Shown in pieces: positions 1 through 14,628 of a DNA stretch of 64,000 bases (positions within the stretch are counted from its first letter, which is position 1; every line of letters begins with the position of its first letter). Source of the stretch: Octopus vulgaris (lineage: Eukaryota); contig OX597816.1 in the NCBI GenBank assembly GCA_951406725.2, forward strand, positions 682,001 to 746,000, given 5' to 3'. Below the pieces are notes generated by a model. It saw nothing but the letters and a program-made list of their open reading frames with translations, ran no database searches and was not told the origin of the DNA. The translations under genes and the position numbers were made by a program.

Positions 1-75
1 CGGATTTCTCTGACAACCCAATATTTTACACGTTGGTATATTTAAAAAAAACAAAACGACCAACAATAACCATAC

Positions 76-204
76 CTGCCATCATGCAGACAACAGATGC
101 TTTATAAACATTCACCATACTTCCAAGTTCTCCAACAGCTAAGATGGCTTTCAGGTGAGCGTCTCCACAAGCTTCTCTCATCTGTTTCACCTCATTATAG
201 ACAC
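76..204 (-). CDS. DERA: DERA exon 6
   Basis: attttcag|GTGTCTAT...ATGGCAG|gtatg; 129 nt; GVYNEVKQMREACGDAHLKAILAVGELGSMVNVYKASVVCMMAG. Confidence 0.97.
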
Positions 205-627
205 CTGAAAATATGAAATAAAACAAACAAATTCAAAATAAATATCATCATCATCATCGTTTAACGTCCGTTTTCCGCGCTAGCACGGGTTGCTGTGTGT
301 AAAGTCTTGTTTATGGTGATTTGCAAGTTTCCACTGTTTATAGCAAGTGATTGAATTGAGGGAAAACCCCACAAAATATTGTACATAGCTACCTTGGATT
401 ACATTTTTAAATAAACATCATCATCATCTTAACTATTTCAATGTCTTCTTCCATGTACTTGATGGAATTTGTTAAGGCATAGTTTCTATGGCTGGATCCC
501 CTTGCCATGACCAACCCTCATCTATTTCCAAGCACCTAAGTATTTCCCCTGATCTGACATATTTTCACAAAAGACTGGAAATGAGGGACACTTGTTCACA
601 ACAATCATGCAAAATATCAAAACAAAG

Positions 628-675
<48 letters not shown>

Positions 676-684
676 AGGCAGGCA

Positions 685-720
<36 letters not shown>

Positions 721-752
721 GGCACTCACACACACACACTCACACACGCACT

Positions 753-786
<34 letters not shown>

Positions 787-3700
787 CACACAGGGTGTTT
801 GGGATGAATTTGACAGGTTGCATAAAAGGAAAAGAAAATACAAAATCCCCTTCAAAAATAAAAGTATTTTAAAAAGTCAAAAAACACCAAATTAGATTAT
901 GACTGGGAACTAAGTTCACTCAAAGCAGCCACTGTCAGCTTTCAGCACAGTTTCAAGAAGGGCTCCAGCACTTGGCATGTGCTCTTCACGGGACCAACCA
1001 GGCTCAGGTGTTATTAGACGTCACTGGTCACAGTGTGCTTTTGCATTGTTTTAGCCTTCAAATGACACCATCCTGCTGGCTAGGTGAGCAGGCCAACAAT
1101 CCCACCCAGATTGAAGGGGGTCTGCAGTAATGTGAAATGAAGTTTTTTGCTCAAGAATACATTGTACTGCCCAGTCAGAGAATCAAACCCACAATCTAGT
1201 GATTGTGAGTGCAACAGCCTAGCAACTAGGCCATGTGCCTTCACATTACACACACACACACACACACACACATATATCCTTCTGGTTTGCCAGTCCCCAA
1301 TCAAACTGTCCAACCCATGCCAGCATGGAAAACATATAAATTCAATCAGAGGTTAATTAGGCCTCATTAAGGGATAATAATATAAATTCAATCAGAGGTT
1401 AATTAGGCCTCATTAAGGGATAATAATATCCCTTAATGAACTTACTGGTTTTGTTTTGAATATTAATTTCAATACTCATAAATAATCAGTAATTAGATAA
1501 ACAGAGGTTTATAATTATTCAAGAAAAATAAGCAAATAGAGATTAATCAATTAATAATTATGTCTGTTTTTGCAATTAGTAATAATTACTCAACGAGGGG
1601 TACCCCACTCACTACTCATCAGGCTGAAGACACCTTAGTTATATGAAGGTTACAGTGTCATTAAAGAATCTCAACTCATCAAAGATATAATTTAGAAAAA
1701 AACTTTTATTTGCATTCCCAGCAACCTTCGTTGCAAACTGTGAACTATAAAAAAGCTTTTTTCAGCTTATCAAACTTCAAAGTGGGAAAAGCCTACAATG
1801 TAGGAACTTTCCTACATACACACCTTGTCTCTGATCATGGAATACCCAGTGTATTGGAGATACTGACCCATCACCTGGGATAAGCCAGAAAAAGCTGTAA
1901 GACGTGAATTACTTCTAATTCACCTTACTCTAATTAAATATTCTAAATGTCCCGAGATGCCCGTCCTGCTCTTTGTTGTCTTTTTTTTTCCTTTAATATA
2001 TACCGGCTAACTTGGAAGCCTACTAGGGATCCCTAGTTCCCGCCTTAGTTGTGAACTTGGGATGTAACAGATGACCAATCATAGCACTTACCTATTCATT
2101 TCGATCACCAGTGAACTAAACCCATCATATTCTCTCTATCATCATCATCACCGTTTAATGTCCATTTTCCATGCTGGCATGGGTTGGATGGTTTGACTGG
2201 AGACTGGCAAGCCAAGAGGCTGCACCAGGCTCCATTCTGATTTGGCAAAGTTTCTACAGCTCGATGCCCTTCCTAATGCCAACCACTTTGAAAGTGTAGT
2301 GGGTGCTTTTTACGTGCCACCAGCATGGGAGCCAGTCAGGCAGCACTGGCATCAGCCATGTTTGGATGGTGCTTTTTATGTGGTACCGGCACAGGAGCCA
2401 GTTGGGGCAGTGAAGCTGGCATTGACCACATTCAGATGGTGCTTTTTTACATGCCACTGGCACCGGGGGGGGGGGAATTATATAGATATACAGATAAGAT
2501 GATAATTATTTTTGAAACAGAAACATCATTAGAACAGCAGGAATATTGAGTAAATTACCTTTATAAGATGGAAAAATTTGTCAACAACCAGCCATGGGAC
2601 TTGAACCCATATCAACCAAAGACTCCAGCTGAGTGATTTACCATTAAGCTAAACTACCCACTGATAAATTCACTGCCGAATTTAGATGCTAAATACTTTA
2701 GTTTGTTTATATATATCATCATCAATGAATGTCCGTTGTCCATGCTGGCATGGGTTGAACAGTTTGACTAGGCTGGCATGCTGGAAGGATGCACCAGGCT
2801 CCAGTCTTGATCTGGCAGAGTTTCTACAGCTGAATGCCTTTCCTAATGCCAACCACTCCAAGAGTGTAATAGGTGCTTTTACGTGCCACTAGCAAGGATA
2901 CCATTCACGTGACACCAGTATCTGCTATGACTGCAATTTTGCTCGGCTTGATGGGTCTTCTCAAGCATGACACAATGCCAAAGGTCTTGGTCATTGCCTC
3001 TGTGAGACCCAACACTTGAAAGGAACTCAGCCACCAGCCACCTCACTCCTGTGAAGCCCAACACTTGAAAGGAACTCAGTCACTTTGCCTCTGTCAGGCC
3101 CAACATTTCAAAGGAACTCAGTCACTTTGCCTCTGTCAGGCCCAATATTTCAAAGGAACTCAGTCACTTTGCCTCTGTCAGGCCCAACATTTCAAAGGAA
3201 CTCAGTCACTTTGCCTCTGTCAGGCCCAATATTTCAAAGGAACTCAGTCACTTTGCCTCTGTCAGGCCCAATATTTCAAAGGAACTCAGTCACTTTGCCT
3301 CTGTCAGGCCCAATATTTCAAAGGAACTCAGTCACTTTGCCTCTGTCAGGCCCAACATTTCAAAGGAACTCAGTCACTTTGCCTCTGTCAGGCCCAACAT
3401 TTCAAAGGAACTCAGTCACTTTGCCTCTGTCAGGCCCAACATTTCAAAGGAACTCAGTCACTTTGCCTCTGTCAGGCCCAATATTTCAAAGGAACTCAGT
3501 CACTTTGCCTCTGTCAGGCCCAACATTTCAAAGGAACTCAGTCACTTTGCCTCTGTCAGGCCCAATATTTCAAAGGAACTCAGTCACTTTGCCTCTGTCA
3601 GGCCCAACATTTCAAAGGAACTCAGTCACTTTGCCTCTGTCAGGCCCAATATTTCAAAGGAACTCAGTCACTTTGCCTGTCAGGCCCAACATTCAAAGGT

Positions 3701-6700
3701 TGATTTTTTTATGTGCCACCAGCACAGGTGCACTTGGCTTGACAGGTCCTCTTAAGGTCTCAGTCACTAGTCATTACCTCTGTGAGGTTCAAAGCTTGAA
3801 GGTCATGCTTCCCCACCTCGTCCTGTGTCTTCCTGGGTTTACCTCTCCACAGTTAGAGATCGAAACTTCTTTACACAACTATACTTCTCCATATGCATCA
3901 CATGACCATACCAGCGCAGTTGTCTCTCTTGCCCACCACATCTGATATCTCTTATGCCTAACTTTTCTCTCAAGAGAAAATGCACAATGACATTGCACAT
4001 CGAACATGCACTTCTAGTGAAGCATACTGGCTTCATTTCTTTCATGCTTACACATACCCTCAGCTGTTATAGCCCATGTTTCACTGCCATGCAGCATAGC
4101 TGTTTGCACACAGGCATCAAACAATCTGCCATTCACTCTGAGAGAGAAGCCCTTTGTTGCCAGAAGGGGTAAGAGCTCTCTAAACTTTGCCCGGCCTAAT
4201 CTTATTCTCACAGCTATACTCTCAGAACAACCACCTCCACTACTAATCTGGTCACCTAGATACCAGAAGCTGTCTACAACCTCTAGCTTGCCCCACTGGC
4301 AGTTAATGGAGTCTATTTTCTGCACATGTCCAGCATTTATTATGTCTGTGCACCTTCCACATACAAAAGTTAGTTTCTTTGTTAATCTTCCTTTAATATT
4401 GCTGCACCTTTTGTATGTCCAAAGCTCACACTGGATGCATCTTATGGAGTTTCTACCTACACCTTTTCTACAGATCAAGCAGGACCATCTACCTGAGGGG
4501 ATTTGTGATTTGTCTGCCTTCCTACTTACTATGACTTTGGTTTTTGCTATGTTAACTCTAAGGCCCTTTCATACCTGGAACTTCTTCTCTAGCTCAGGTA
4601 GTGATTCAGCTATAAGAGCAATGTCATCAGCATAGAGGAGCTCCCAGAAGCATCCTGTCTTAAATTCCTCTGTTATTGTATGGTGGACTTTGATAAACAA
4701 GAGGAAATTGAGCATCATTCCTTGATGAACCCCTACTTGTACCTTGAATTCTTCGCTGTACTCGTTGCCCACCCTCAACTTACTGGTAGCATCCCTGTAC
4801 AAGGTTTGTATAGCTCTCACCAACTGCTTGTCTATCCTTAGTTTCCACATTGACCACCAGATAAGGGATCGGGGTACTCTCTCAAAAGCTTTCTCCAAGT
4901 CAACAAAAGCCAAGTACAGAGGCTTATCTTTGGCTAGGTATTTCTCCTGCAGTTGCCTTACCAGAAATATAGCATCAGCAGTGCTTCTCCCTGGCACAAA
5001 CCCAAACAGCATCTCATCTAGGCTAACTCTCCCCCTAATTAGCTGGGCTATAACTCTCTCTGTAACTTTCATCACCTGATCCAACAATTTGATACTTCTG
5101 TAATTATTTCAATTTAAAGCATCACCTTTACCTTTGTAGCAGTGGACTATCTAATCTACAATACGGGTGACTAGGGATCTGTTCTTGGCACCCTTTTATT
5201 TGTTGCATATGTTAATGACATAGATGCCAACTTAAAAATGCCACAGAGCTGAAATATACAGATGACATCAAGCTGTACCTCGAAATAAAGAGGTCAGATC
5301 CTGTACACTATAGATCTCTATTGCAATCAGACCTGGACACAATGCAGCAGTGGATCATGGACTGGCAACTCAAGCTGGCTGTGGACAAATGTACCACCAT
5401 GCATTTTGGGAGGAGAAACCCAGTGTCCACCTACTCCCTCCACAACCCTAATCTCAAAAAGTCTTCATGTGAATGCGACCTGGGCATTATTGTCAACAGT
5501 GATTTGCGTTGGACAAAACACATCGTTAAAATTACCAAGAAGGCTGAGGGTGTCTTGGCATCACTCACCAAATCCTTTGTGAGCCACTCTCTGGCTATCT
5601 ATCTGCGGCTTTATATAGCTATGGTACGACCTCACCTGGAATTTGCATCACCAGTCTGGAACCCCCATCTTGCCCAGGATATTAATCATCTGGAAGCCGT
5701 TCAGCAATGTGCAACCAAGAGAATACTCTCCATCAGGCATTTGCCATATTCTGAACGCCTTACTTCCCTGGGCATGGACACATTGAAACTCTGATGTTTG
5801 GCAGCTGACTTGGCAGACACCCATAAAATTATTAACCATCGTACAAACAATAACTCTGAGAACCTTTTCAAACTCCACCTGTCTAACACCTGTGGACATG
5901 TTTACAAAGTCAGAAAACAGCACAGCTCCCATGACTTTCGGAAACATTTTTTCATGCTAAGTGTTGCTGAAGCATGGAACAAACTGCCGGCATCAGTTGT
6001 TAGTTGTCGGAGCACTGCATCCTTCAAAACTTCCATGCTTCCTGAGATTCGCCAACACTACACCTGATTTCCTCCCCTCCATACACACACAAGCATCTAT
6101 CTGATTCATACATTGTTTGCTTTCCAGACATTTGTAAATTACTGCATATACTTTATACGCACTTTCTGACAAGTTGTGGTGCACCTGAACACTGTATACA
6201 ATAATTTCATCATTATAATTATTATTATTATTTTTATATTATAGACCATAACAGTAGTCTTTCATAATGGCATCTCCAAGCCTCTTTCTTTGCAGAACCA
6301 TGAAATGCAAGTGCACCATCATCCATGTGGACCCATTTCTCTCCTATGACATCACAATTTTCTCTCACACGCTGTCTTGCAATCCGAAATACTTCAGTTC
6401 TTTGGTCCTCACGTCACTGAACTTCTTCTTCTTTTCTGCTTCTCCCTTGGTTAGATATACTTTTCTCCTAGCTTCCCTTCTGGTTATGTGATACAGTTCC
6501 CTGCTGCCCCAACTCATCCAGGCATTCCAGGCCTGTTTCTTTACTCTAATGGCCCTGTCTATGGTATTGTTCCACCACCACATTACCCTACATCTGGAAA
6601 GGACTTTGCACCAACCACAGATTGGGTCTGTGGCACTCAGCAAGCTGTCCCACAGGAATTACCAGACACACATATGCAAACAAAAGGTTTTTTTCAGCTT

Positions 6701-9700
6701 CCATCCACCAAATTCACTCACAAGGTCTTCATTGTCTCAAAGCTATTGCAGATGACACATGCCCAAGGTGCTGCCACACTGTAGGACTGAACCCAAAGCC
6801 ATGGGGTTGGGAAGCAAACTCCTTAACCACACAGCCATGGTACATCACAAATAAATATTCTATCAGAAAGTAAACTGAAACCGTTGCTGTTTTCTTAACA
6901 GATCACTCACCTTTCCAGTCACCAGTAAGAGCCAGTTGTCGATTGATGACAATGTCAATCTCAGTGGCACCAGCAGTAACAGCCTGCTTGATTTCTTGCA
7001 GCCGGCTTTGAAGGCCACATTGTCCTGTTGGAAATCCAGTGGCCACTAAGTGAATTATAGAAAAAGGATCATTTAATTCTTTGAAAATGGAATAATAAAA
7101 GCAAACTTTCAACAGAATCTTTTAATGATTGAAAACTGTGTTGTCGTGTTATTTAGGGTTATTTATTATTGTTATCATGATTATCATTATTATTATTATG
7201 ATACACACTTATTAGAGTAAGGCCAATGAAGAAACTAGATAGATACCTGAAAATTCTATAGAAATACATTGACTTACCAGATGCGACTGGAATGTTGGAA
7301 GCATTTGCTTTCTTTAGCGCTTTGATGCAGTCAGCCACTCGGTTGGGATAAACACAAACAGCAGCCGTTCTAATATCTGCAAGAAAAGAATCCACATACA
7401 ACTGAAAAACAGATCTAATATAAATACATTGTAATCATCTTTACTCTCCACAAACACCCTTGCAACCCCTAACCTCTAAGTTCTGTCTTGATCCTCTCTC
7501 CCCACTCTCTTCTATTCCCCTTCTGCTACCTTGACACTACACTCCAACATTTTGTCATCATCATCTTTATCTCTCACTTACTCCCACCCACTCTTATACA
7601 ACACAAAACAGTCAAGAATTTCCTCTACAACAAACCCATGCCTGTCCTGCTATCAGAATTGTAACCTCTTAACACATAACATAAAACCATTTGCCTCTCT
7701 CATTTGAGATGGCTCTTTTAGTCTTGCAAGTTATTTGGTAACCTACAATCTACCTTTTACTCTGAGTGAGAGGCCCTTTGTCACCAGTAGGGGTAGAAGC
7801 TTTCTGAACTTTGCCCAGGCTATTCTTATTCTAGTGGTAACACTCTCTGAACATCCACCTCCCACTAAAGACTTGGTCACCTAGGTAGCGGAAGCTATGA
7901 ACTACTTCTGTTTTCTGAGCATCTGTGGTGTTTATTGCTCCTGTGCATCTGCTGCACGTGAAAGCTATCTTTCTGGTTAATCTTTCTTTGATGTTGTTGC
8001 AGCTCTTATGATTCCATAGCTTACACGGGGTACATCTTATGGAACTTCTACCTATACCTTTTCTACAGATTGAGCAGAGCCACCTACCTGAAGGGGTGTG
8101 TGATGTGTTCGCCTTCCTACTTACTAAAACTTTGGTCTTTGCAACATTGACTCAAAGGCCCCTCAATTCTAAACCTTGATTCCAAACTTCAAGTTTCTTA
8201 TCTAGTTCTGGTAGTGATTCTGCTATGAGGACCAGATCATCAGCACAGAGGAGTTCCCAGGGGTAACCTGTCTTGAATTCCTTTGTTATTGCCTGGAGGA
8301 CTATGATGAAATAAGAGGGGGCTGATCCTTGGTGAATCCCTATTTCTACCTGGAATTCTTCACTATACTCATTGCCGACCCTTACCATACTAATGGCATC
8401 CCTGTTATTAACCACTCGTCAATCCCTAGTTTCTGCATCGTCCTCCAGATGAATAAGAGGGGACTGAGGGCTGATTCTTGGTGAACCCCTACATCTACCT
8501 GGAATTCTTCACTATACTCATTTCCAATCCCAACCCTAATGATGGCATCTCTGTACAGGGCCTGTACAGCCCTTATTATCCATTTGTCAATCCCCAGTTT
8601 CTGCATTGCCCACCAGATAAAGGATCGGGGGACTCTGTCAAAGGCTTTCTCCAAGTCCATAAAAGCCAAATATAGGGGTTTATCTTTGGCTAGGTATTTC
8701 TCCTGAAGTAGCCGTACCAGAAATACAGCATCAGTGGTGCTTCTACCTGGCACAAAACTGAACTGCATCTCATCTAAGTGAACTCTCTCCCTAATTAGTT
8801 GGATCATCACCTGATCCAGCAATTTGACCATAGAGAAATATTACCTTACTGGGAAACGGGTGAGGGTTAACAACATGAAGAACATTCAGCCACAGAAAAT
8901 CTCGTCATCTGACCCATGCGATCATGAAAAAGTGGACATTTAACAATGATGGGAATGATGTAAATGTCTATAATTCATGGAAAAACAGGTGTAAAACTGA
9001 AAAACTATGTGAACCCACCTTTGTCAAGCATTTCAAGGCTTTTGAGTAAAGTAGTTTGGATTGGGTGTTTTGCTTTAAAACAAAGTCTGTCAACATTGGA
9101 ATAAGTGTCATCACCAGACAAAGTGGTCAAATCTATACAGGTTACAGCTCTGAGCAACCAGGCAGCCTGAAAGTCACAGAGAGGAAATTCTTACCACACA
9201 AAAGACAAGAACAAATGTCAATTAATTGTAATGATAAATGAGAATGAAAAGAAAATGGCTAGAGAGAGTGTTCTTCTCTTGAGGATAGTCTTTTCTTTGA
9301 GTTCATCCCACAAGAATTCAATGTTGAACCATGTAAGTGAATTCTTTATGATAATAACTTGGTTCTTAATTTTGGCAAAAAGCTTCTTTCCACAAACAAA
9401 AAGCAAACCACGCGAAAGCTGCAGACAAGTTGTGATTGTGAATAAAAGAGAAAAACAAGCACTAAGTGGAGGGGAATAGCATCAATTCAGAAGGTGTAAG
9501 TCGAGTATGATTTGTTAATTAAAGAACAAAAAGGTGAGAGACAATAACAGGTAATTGGAGAAGTGATGAGCATCAATGAATGAAGGATGCTGGGATATAA
9601 GTAAAAAAGAAAAAGAAAATGTAAATAGGTGACAGAGGTTATTTGAGGTTCAGTTTGGTAAGTGTGAAAATATTTTTCCTATTTTACAATTAGTTGTACT

Positions 9701-12700
9701 TAACATGTTGATATCGAGTGAAGACTAAGCTTTAGGAATCTAAAGGAATCCAAAATCTTAGTAACTAGCAACACCACTTGACACAACTATTTTTATCGCA
9801 AGATTTAATTAACCGAATTTCACAGGTCTTTGAAAGTAAAGAGAAGAATATTCAGATTGTAAAATTTATACACTTTTACCCTATTTCAATTTATGAGGTT
9901 GTCAAGGAAAATTTATTCACTTCTTTCCAATGTTATTCGAATTAACACCAAAAATATTCTTATTGTAGTTTTTTATGTGGTCTTTTTTTTGTAACCCTGT
10001 TCCTCCTCCACAACTTATGTTAATCATTTTTGAAATCTGAATTTGACCACTTTTCAGACCTAAGGCCATCTTTCAATCAAACTGCCAAAGCCAGTTGAGA
10101 CATTTGTTCTGTGTACAGAGAAGACACTTTTAAAGAATTGAAATGCTTCAAAGAGGGAAAATTCAACTTCACAGATTTTCTGTATTCTGGCCAACCTATT
10201 CAGTTCAATGAGAATTAATTGAACAAGTTCGTCCATAAGGATTTGTGCGAATCCAGCAGGGAATTAGCCCAGCAGATGGGATGCTCTCATGATACTTTCA
10301 CCTGTCATCTTCACTGGATGAGTAAGGTTTAAAATAAATGGTAAAAAAATTATTGGATTTATCTCTCAACCCCATATATTAGCTTTACTTTACATTTTAT
10401 AAAATGAGTATAATATCATTTATAAACGATAAAATGACCCATAAGATATTTTAACACCTGAAGATGTTCAAACTAACAATTCATAACATTCAACACAAAT
10501 CATTCCAACAGCCATCTGAGTTACCGTAATGTCTAAAAGGAGGCTTCTTATTGAACTTCATAGGAAAATTCTAAACTTCTAAAGTACATATTACTGTATT
10601 TGATGGAATAAAAGACATAAAGGCATATTAGACAGGACCCAATTTTAGCAGTGTGTATTCAGGAGAAAAGGTTTTGGTGCATTGGCCCTTTCGCATTTCA
10701 AACGGCCATATTCAGCCTAAATATCCAGTGTTTTGTTGAAACTGACCAGATCTGACCTTTTACACCTACTCGACAAGGTCATTCTAAAGATAAACAACCA
10801 CATCATCAAAATTTCAAAGCTACAAGATAAGGCATGATTAATTCAAAACAATGTGAATAAATAAACACATTATTTCGACAGAATAGTCTGAATGATAAAG
10901 CTTGTGGAAGGCCCAACTTTGTATTTAGGGCCTGGGGTATTTTTGAGTCATTTCTTTGAAAAAATGTGACTTATATGATATAAGCAGTAAAGGTTTTCAG
11001 TAAAAAAAAAGAAATGATTTTCTTAGATCTCCCCCCCCCCCGCACTGAATAATTATTTATCTAAATAGTAACTCGTTTAGATAGCAATCTGATTTATTGG
11101 TACTCAAGAAGTGACAGGTGAGCTTAGTCATTTATTATACAGGAACAAAGATAACAAAGGAAAGTTTATTTATTTTTGTTTCTTTTTTGTTACCTGCCAT
11201 TGTTTCTTCACAGAACGACGTGTACCAAGAGTGTTAGCACGTCTTTGAATGGCCGGGAAGTTCATATAGACATTTTGAAGCCAAGTTTCATCTGAAGAGA
11301 AATAAAAAAAAGGTTTTACAAGTTAAATGTTAAAGAGAGGTCCACAAATTAGTTACAAACATCAAATGCTGTCAAAGTGGAGCAACAAAACACTTTATAT
11401 GTTTTTTTATTAATAAAGCAATAGAAAAAGAATCATTCGTTTATTATCTCCCCTTGTTCAGACCGGTCGACGTAACAGAGCCTCTTGGTAGAAGCTATGG
11501 CAGTGTTCATGAGTTATTTCATCGAACTTTTCAGATATCAATTGGTCGGCTCTACTGGACGAGTTAGATAAGATAGACGTGTGTTCCCTTACGGCTGATA
11601 TAGTTTAACTCTTTTTTTTTTCAAGGCTTGAGCACCAACTGAAAAATTCCAATTTGATTGCAAAGAATTCAAATTTGATTGAAAAGAATCCAAACTAGAT
11701 CGAAAACATCTATAATAAAAACAAAAACATATCCTTATGCTTTGAGTTCTATTTTTCCTGTTTGTATCATCAAACCCACACAAACACACACACAAGAGTT
11801 AAGGAATGCAGTAGATAAGATCCGGGCTACAAATGTTTCATAGTGAATGGAAGCTTGGAAGTGGTAAATATCCAATATATATATCATCATCATCATTTAG
11901 CGTCCGCTTTCCATGCTGGCATGGGTTGGACGGTGCAACTGGGGTCTGGGAAGCCAGAAGGGTGCGCCAGGCCCAGTCTGATCTGGCAATATTTCTACGG
12001 CTGGATGCCCTTCCTAACGCCAACCACTCCATGACTGTAGTGGGTGCTTTTTACGTGCCACCAGCACAGGTGCCAGGCGAGGCTGGCAAACGGCCACGAT
12101 TGGATGGTGCTTTTTACGTGCCACCGGCACGAAAGCCAGTCGGGGCGGCGCTGGCAACGGCCACGTTCGGATGGTTCTCTTATGTGCCACCGGCACTGGT
12201 ATCACAGCTACAATTTCCATTCATGTTGATCGATTTTGATTTTTGATTTTGATTTTGATTTTTGATTTTGATTTTGATTTTCACTTGCTTCAACAGGTCT
12301 TCACAAGTAGAGTTTTGTGTCCCAAGAAGGAAAGGTATGCATAAGTGGACTGAGGCCATGGGTTATGGTCTCACTTGTCCTGCAGGGTCTTCTCACGCAC
12401 AGCATACTTCCAAAGGTTTCGGTCTCTAGTCATTTCCTCGGTGAGACCTAAAGTTCGAAGGTCGTGCTTCACCACCTCATCCCAGGTTTTCCTGGGTCTG
12501 CCTCTTCCACAAGTTCCCTCAACAGCTAGGGTGTGGCACTTTTTCACACAACTATCTTCATCCATTCTCGCCACATGGCCATACCAGCGCAAACGTATCT
12601 TGCACACCACAACTGATGCTTCTTAGGTCCAACTTCTCTCTCAAGGTACTTACACTCTGTTGAGTATGAACACTGACATTACACATCCATCGGAGCATAC

Positions 12701-13992
12701 TGGCTTAATTTCTTGCGAGCTTACGCATATCCTCAGCAGTCACGGCCCATGTTTCACTGCCATGTAGCATGGCTGTTCGTACACATGCATCATACAGTCT
12801 GCCTTTTACTCTGAGCGAGAGGCCTTTTGTCACTAGCAGAGGTAAGAGCTCTCTGAACCTTGCCCAGGCTATTCTTACTCTAGCAGTTACACTTTCAGCA
12901 CACCCACCCCCACTACTGACTTGGTCACCTAGGTAACGGAAGCTATCAACTATTTCTAGTTTTTCTCCCTGGAATGTGGCGGAAGTTGCTCTCTGCGCAT
13001 TTTCAGTATTTATTGCTCCTAAGCATCTGCCACATACAAAAACCATCTTCCTAGTTAGCCTTCCTATGACATTGCTGCACCTCTTATGTGTCCATAGCTT
13101 ACACTTGGTGCATCTTATAGAGTTTCTACCTACGCCTTTCCTACAGATCGAGCAAGGCCATCTACCTGAAGGCGTTTGTGACTTGTCTACCTTCCTACTT
13201 ATTAGGACTTTGGTTTTAGCTAGGTTGATTCTAAGGCCCTTCGATTCTAATCCTTGCTTCCACACCTGAAACTTCTTCTCTAGTTCTGATAGTGACTCAG
13301 CAATTAGAGCAAGGTCATCAGCATAGAGGAGCTCCCAGGAGCATCCTGTCTTGAATTCCTCCGTTATTGCCTGGAGGACTACGATAAATAGGAGGGAGCT
13401 GAGGACTGAGCCTTGGTGGACTCCTACCTCTACCCGGAATTCTTCACTGTACTCATTGCCAACCCTCACCTTACTAGCAGCGTCCCTGTACATGGCTTGC
13501 ACAGCTCTCATTAACCATTCATCTATCCCTACTTTCCTCATTGACCACCAGATAAGGTTATCGGGGACCCTGTCGAAGGCTTTCTCCATGTCAATGAAAG
13601 CCAGGTACAGGGGCTTATCTTTGGCTAGATATTTTTCCTGCAGCTATCTTTCCAGGAATATAGCATCAGTGGTACTTTTCCCTGGCACAAAGCCAAACTG
13701 CATCTCATCTAGATTAACTCTCTCTCTAATTAGTTGGGCTATGACCCTCTCCGTAACCTTCATTACCTGATCCAACAGCTTGATACCTCTGTAATTATTT
13801 GTATCTAGGGCGTCACCTTTACCTTTGTAGCAGTTGACTATTATGCTGCTATACCAGTCATTTGGAACGACTCCTTCGTGTATAACCTGGTTAACTATAT
13901 GGGTGACTAGGCTATAGCTGACACTACCAGATATTTTGAGCATCTCTGCAGTAATTCCTGATGGGCCTGGGGCTTTCCCTGTCTTCATGCTC

Positions 13993-14045
<53 letters not shown>

Positions 14046-14586
14046 AGAAGACCCGGCAGGACAAGTGAGTCCATAACCCGTGGCCTTCTACATGGGATGG
14101 AGCCAGCCTACGTATGCATACCTTCTCTTCTTGGGACACAAAACTCTACTTGTGAAGACCTGTTGAGGCAAGTGAGGATCAGAATCGAAATCGATCAATG
14201 GAAATTGCAGATGTGTTACCAGTGCCGGTGGCATGTAAGAGAACCTTCCGTTTCGCAACCGTTGCCAGCGCCGCCCCGACTGGCCTCGTGCCGGTGGCAC
14301 GTAAAAAGCACCATCTGTTTGTGTCCGTTGCCAGCCTCGCCTGGCTCTCATGCCGGTGGCACATAAAAAGCACCATCCGTTCGTGGCCGCTTGCCAGCTC
14401 TGTCTGGCACCTGTGCAGGTGGCACGTAAAAAGCACCCACTACACTCATGGAGTGCTTGGCGTTAGGAAGGGCATCCAGCCGTAGAAACACTGCCAGATT
14501 TGACTGGGCCTGATGAAGCCCCCAGTTGAACCATCCAACCCATGCTAGCATGGAAAACGGACGCTAAACGATGATGATGATGATGA

Positions 14587-14628
<42 letters not shown>

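Noticed and set aside
1555-1635. Minus-strand CTGATGA..stem..GCAAAAAC as a decayed hammerhead
   Set aside because: G12 is absent and there is no convincing NUH or stem III; too degenerate to call.
3065-3945. 212-aa and 286-aa repeat ORFs (KGTQSLCLCQAQHF)n
   Set aside because: A 42-bp unit without stops gives open frames automatically; it is intronic, antisense to DERA and RTE-derived.
14505-14525. CTGATGAAGCC in the RTE 3'UTR as a hammerhead core
   Set aside because: No GAAA follows the hairpin, and other copies read CTGGTGCAGCC or CTGATGCAGCC.
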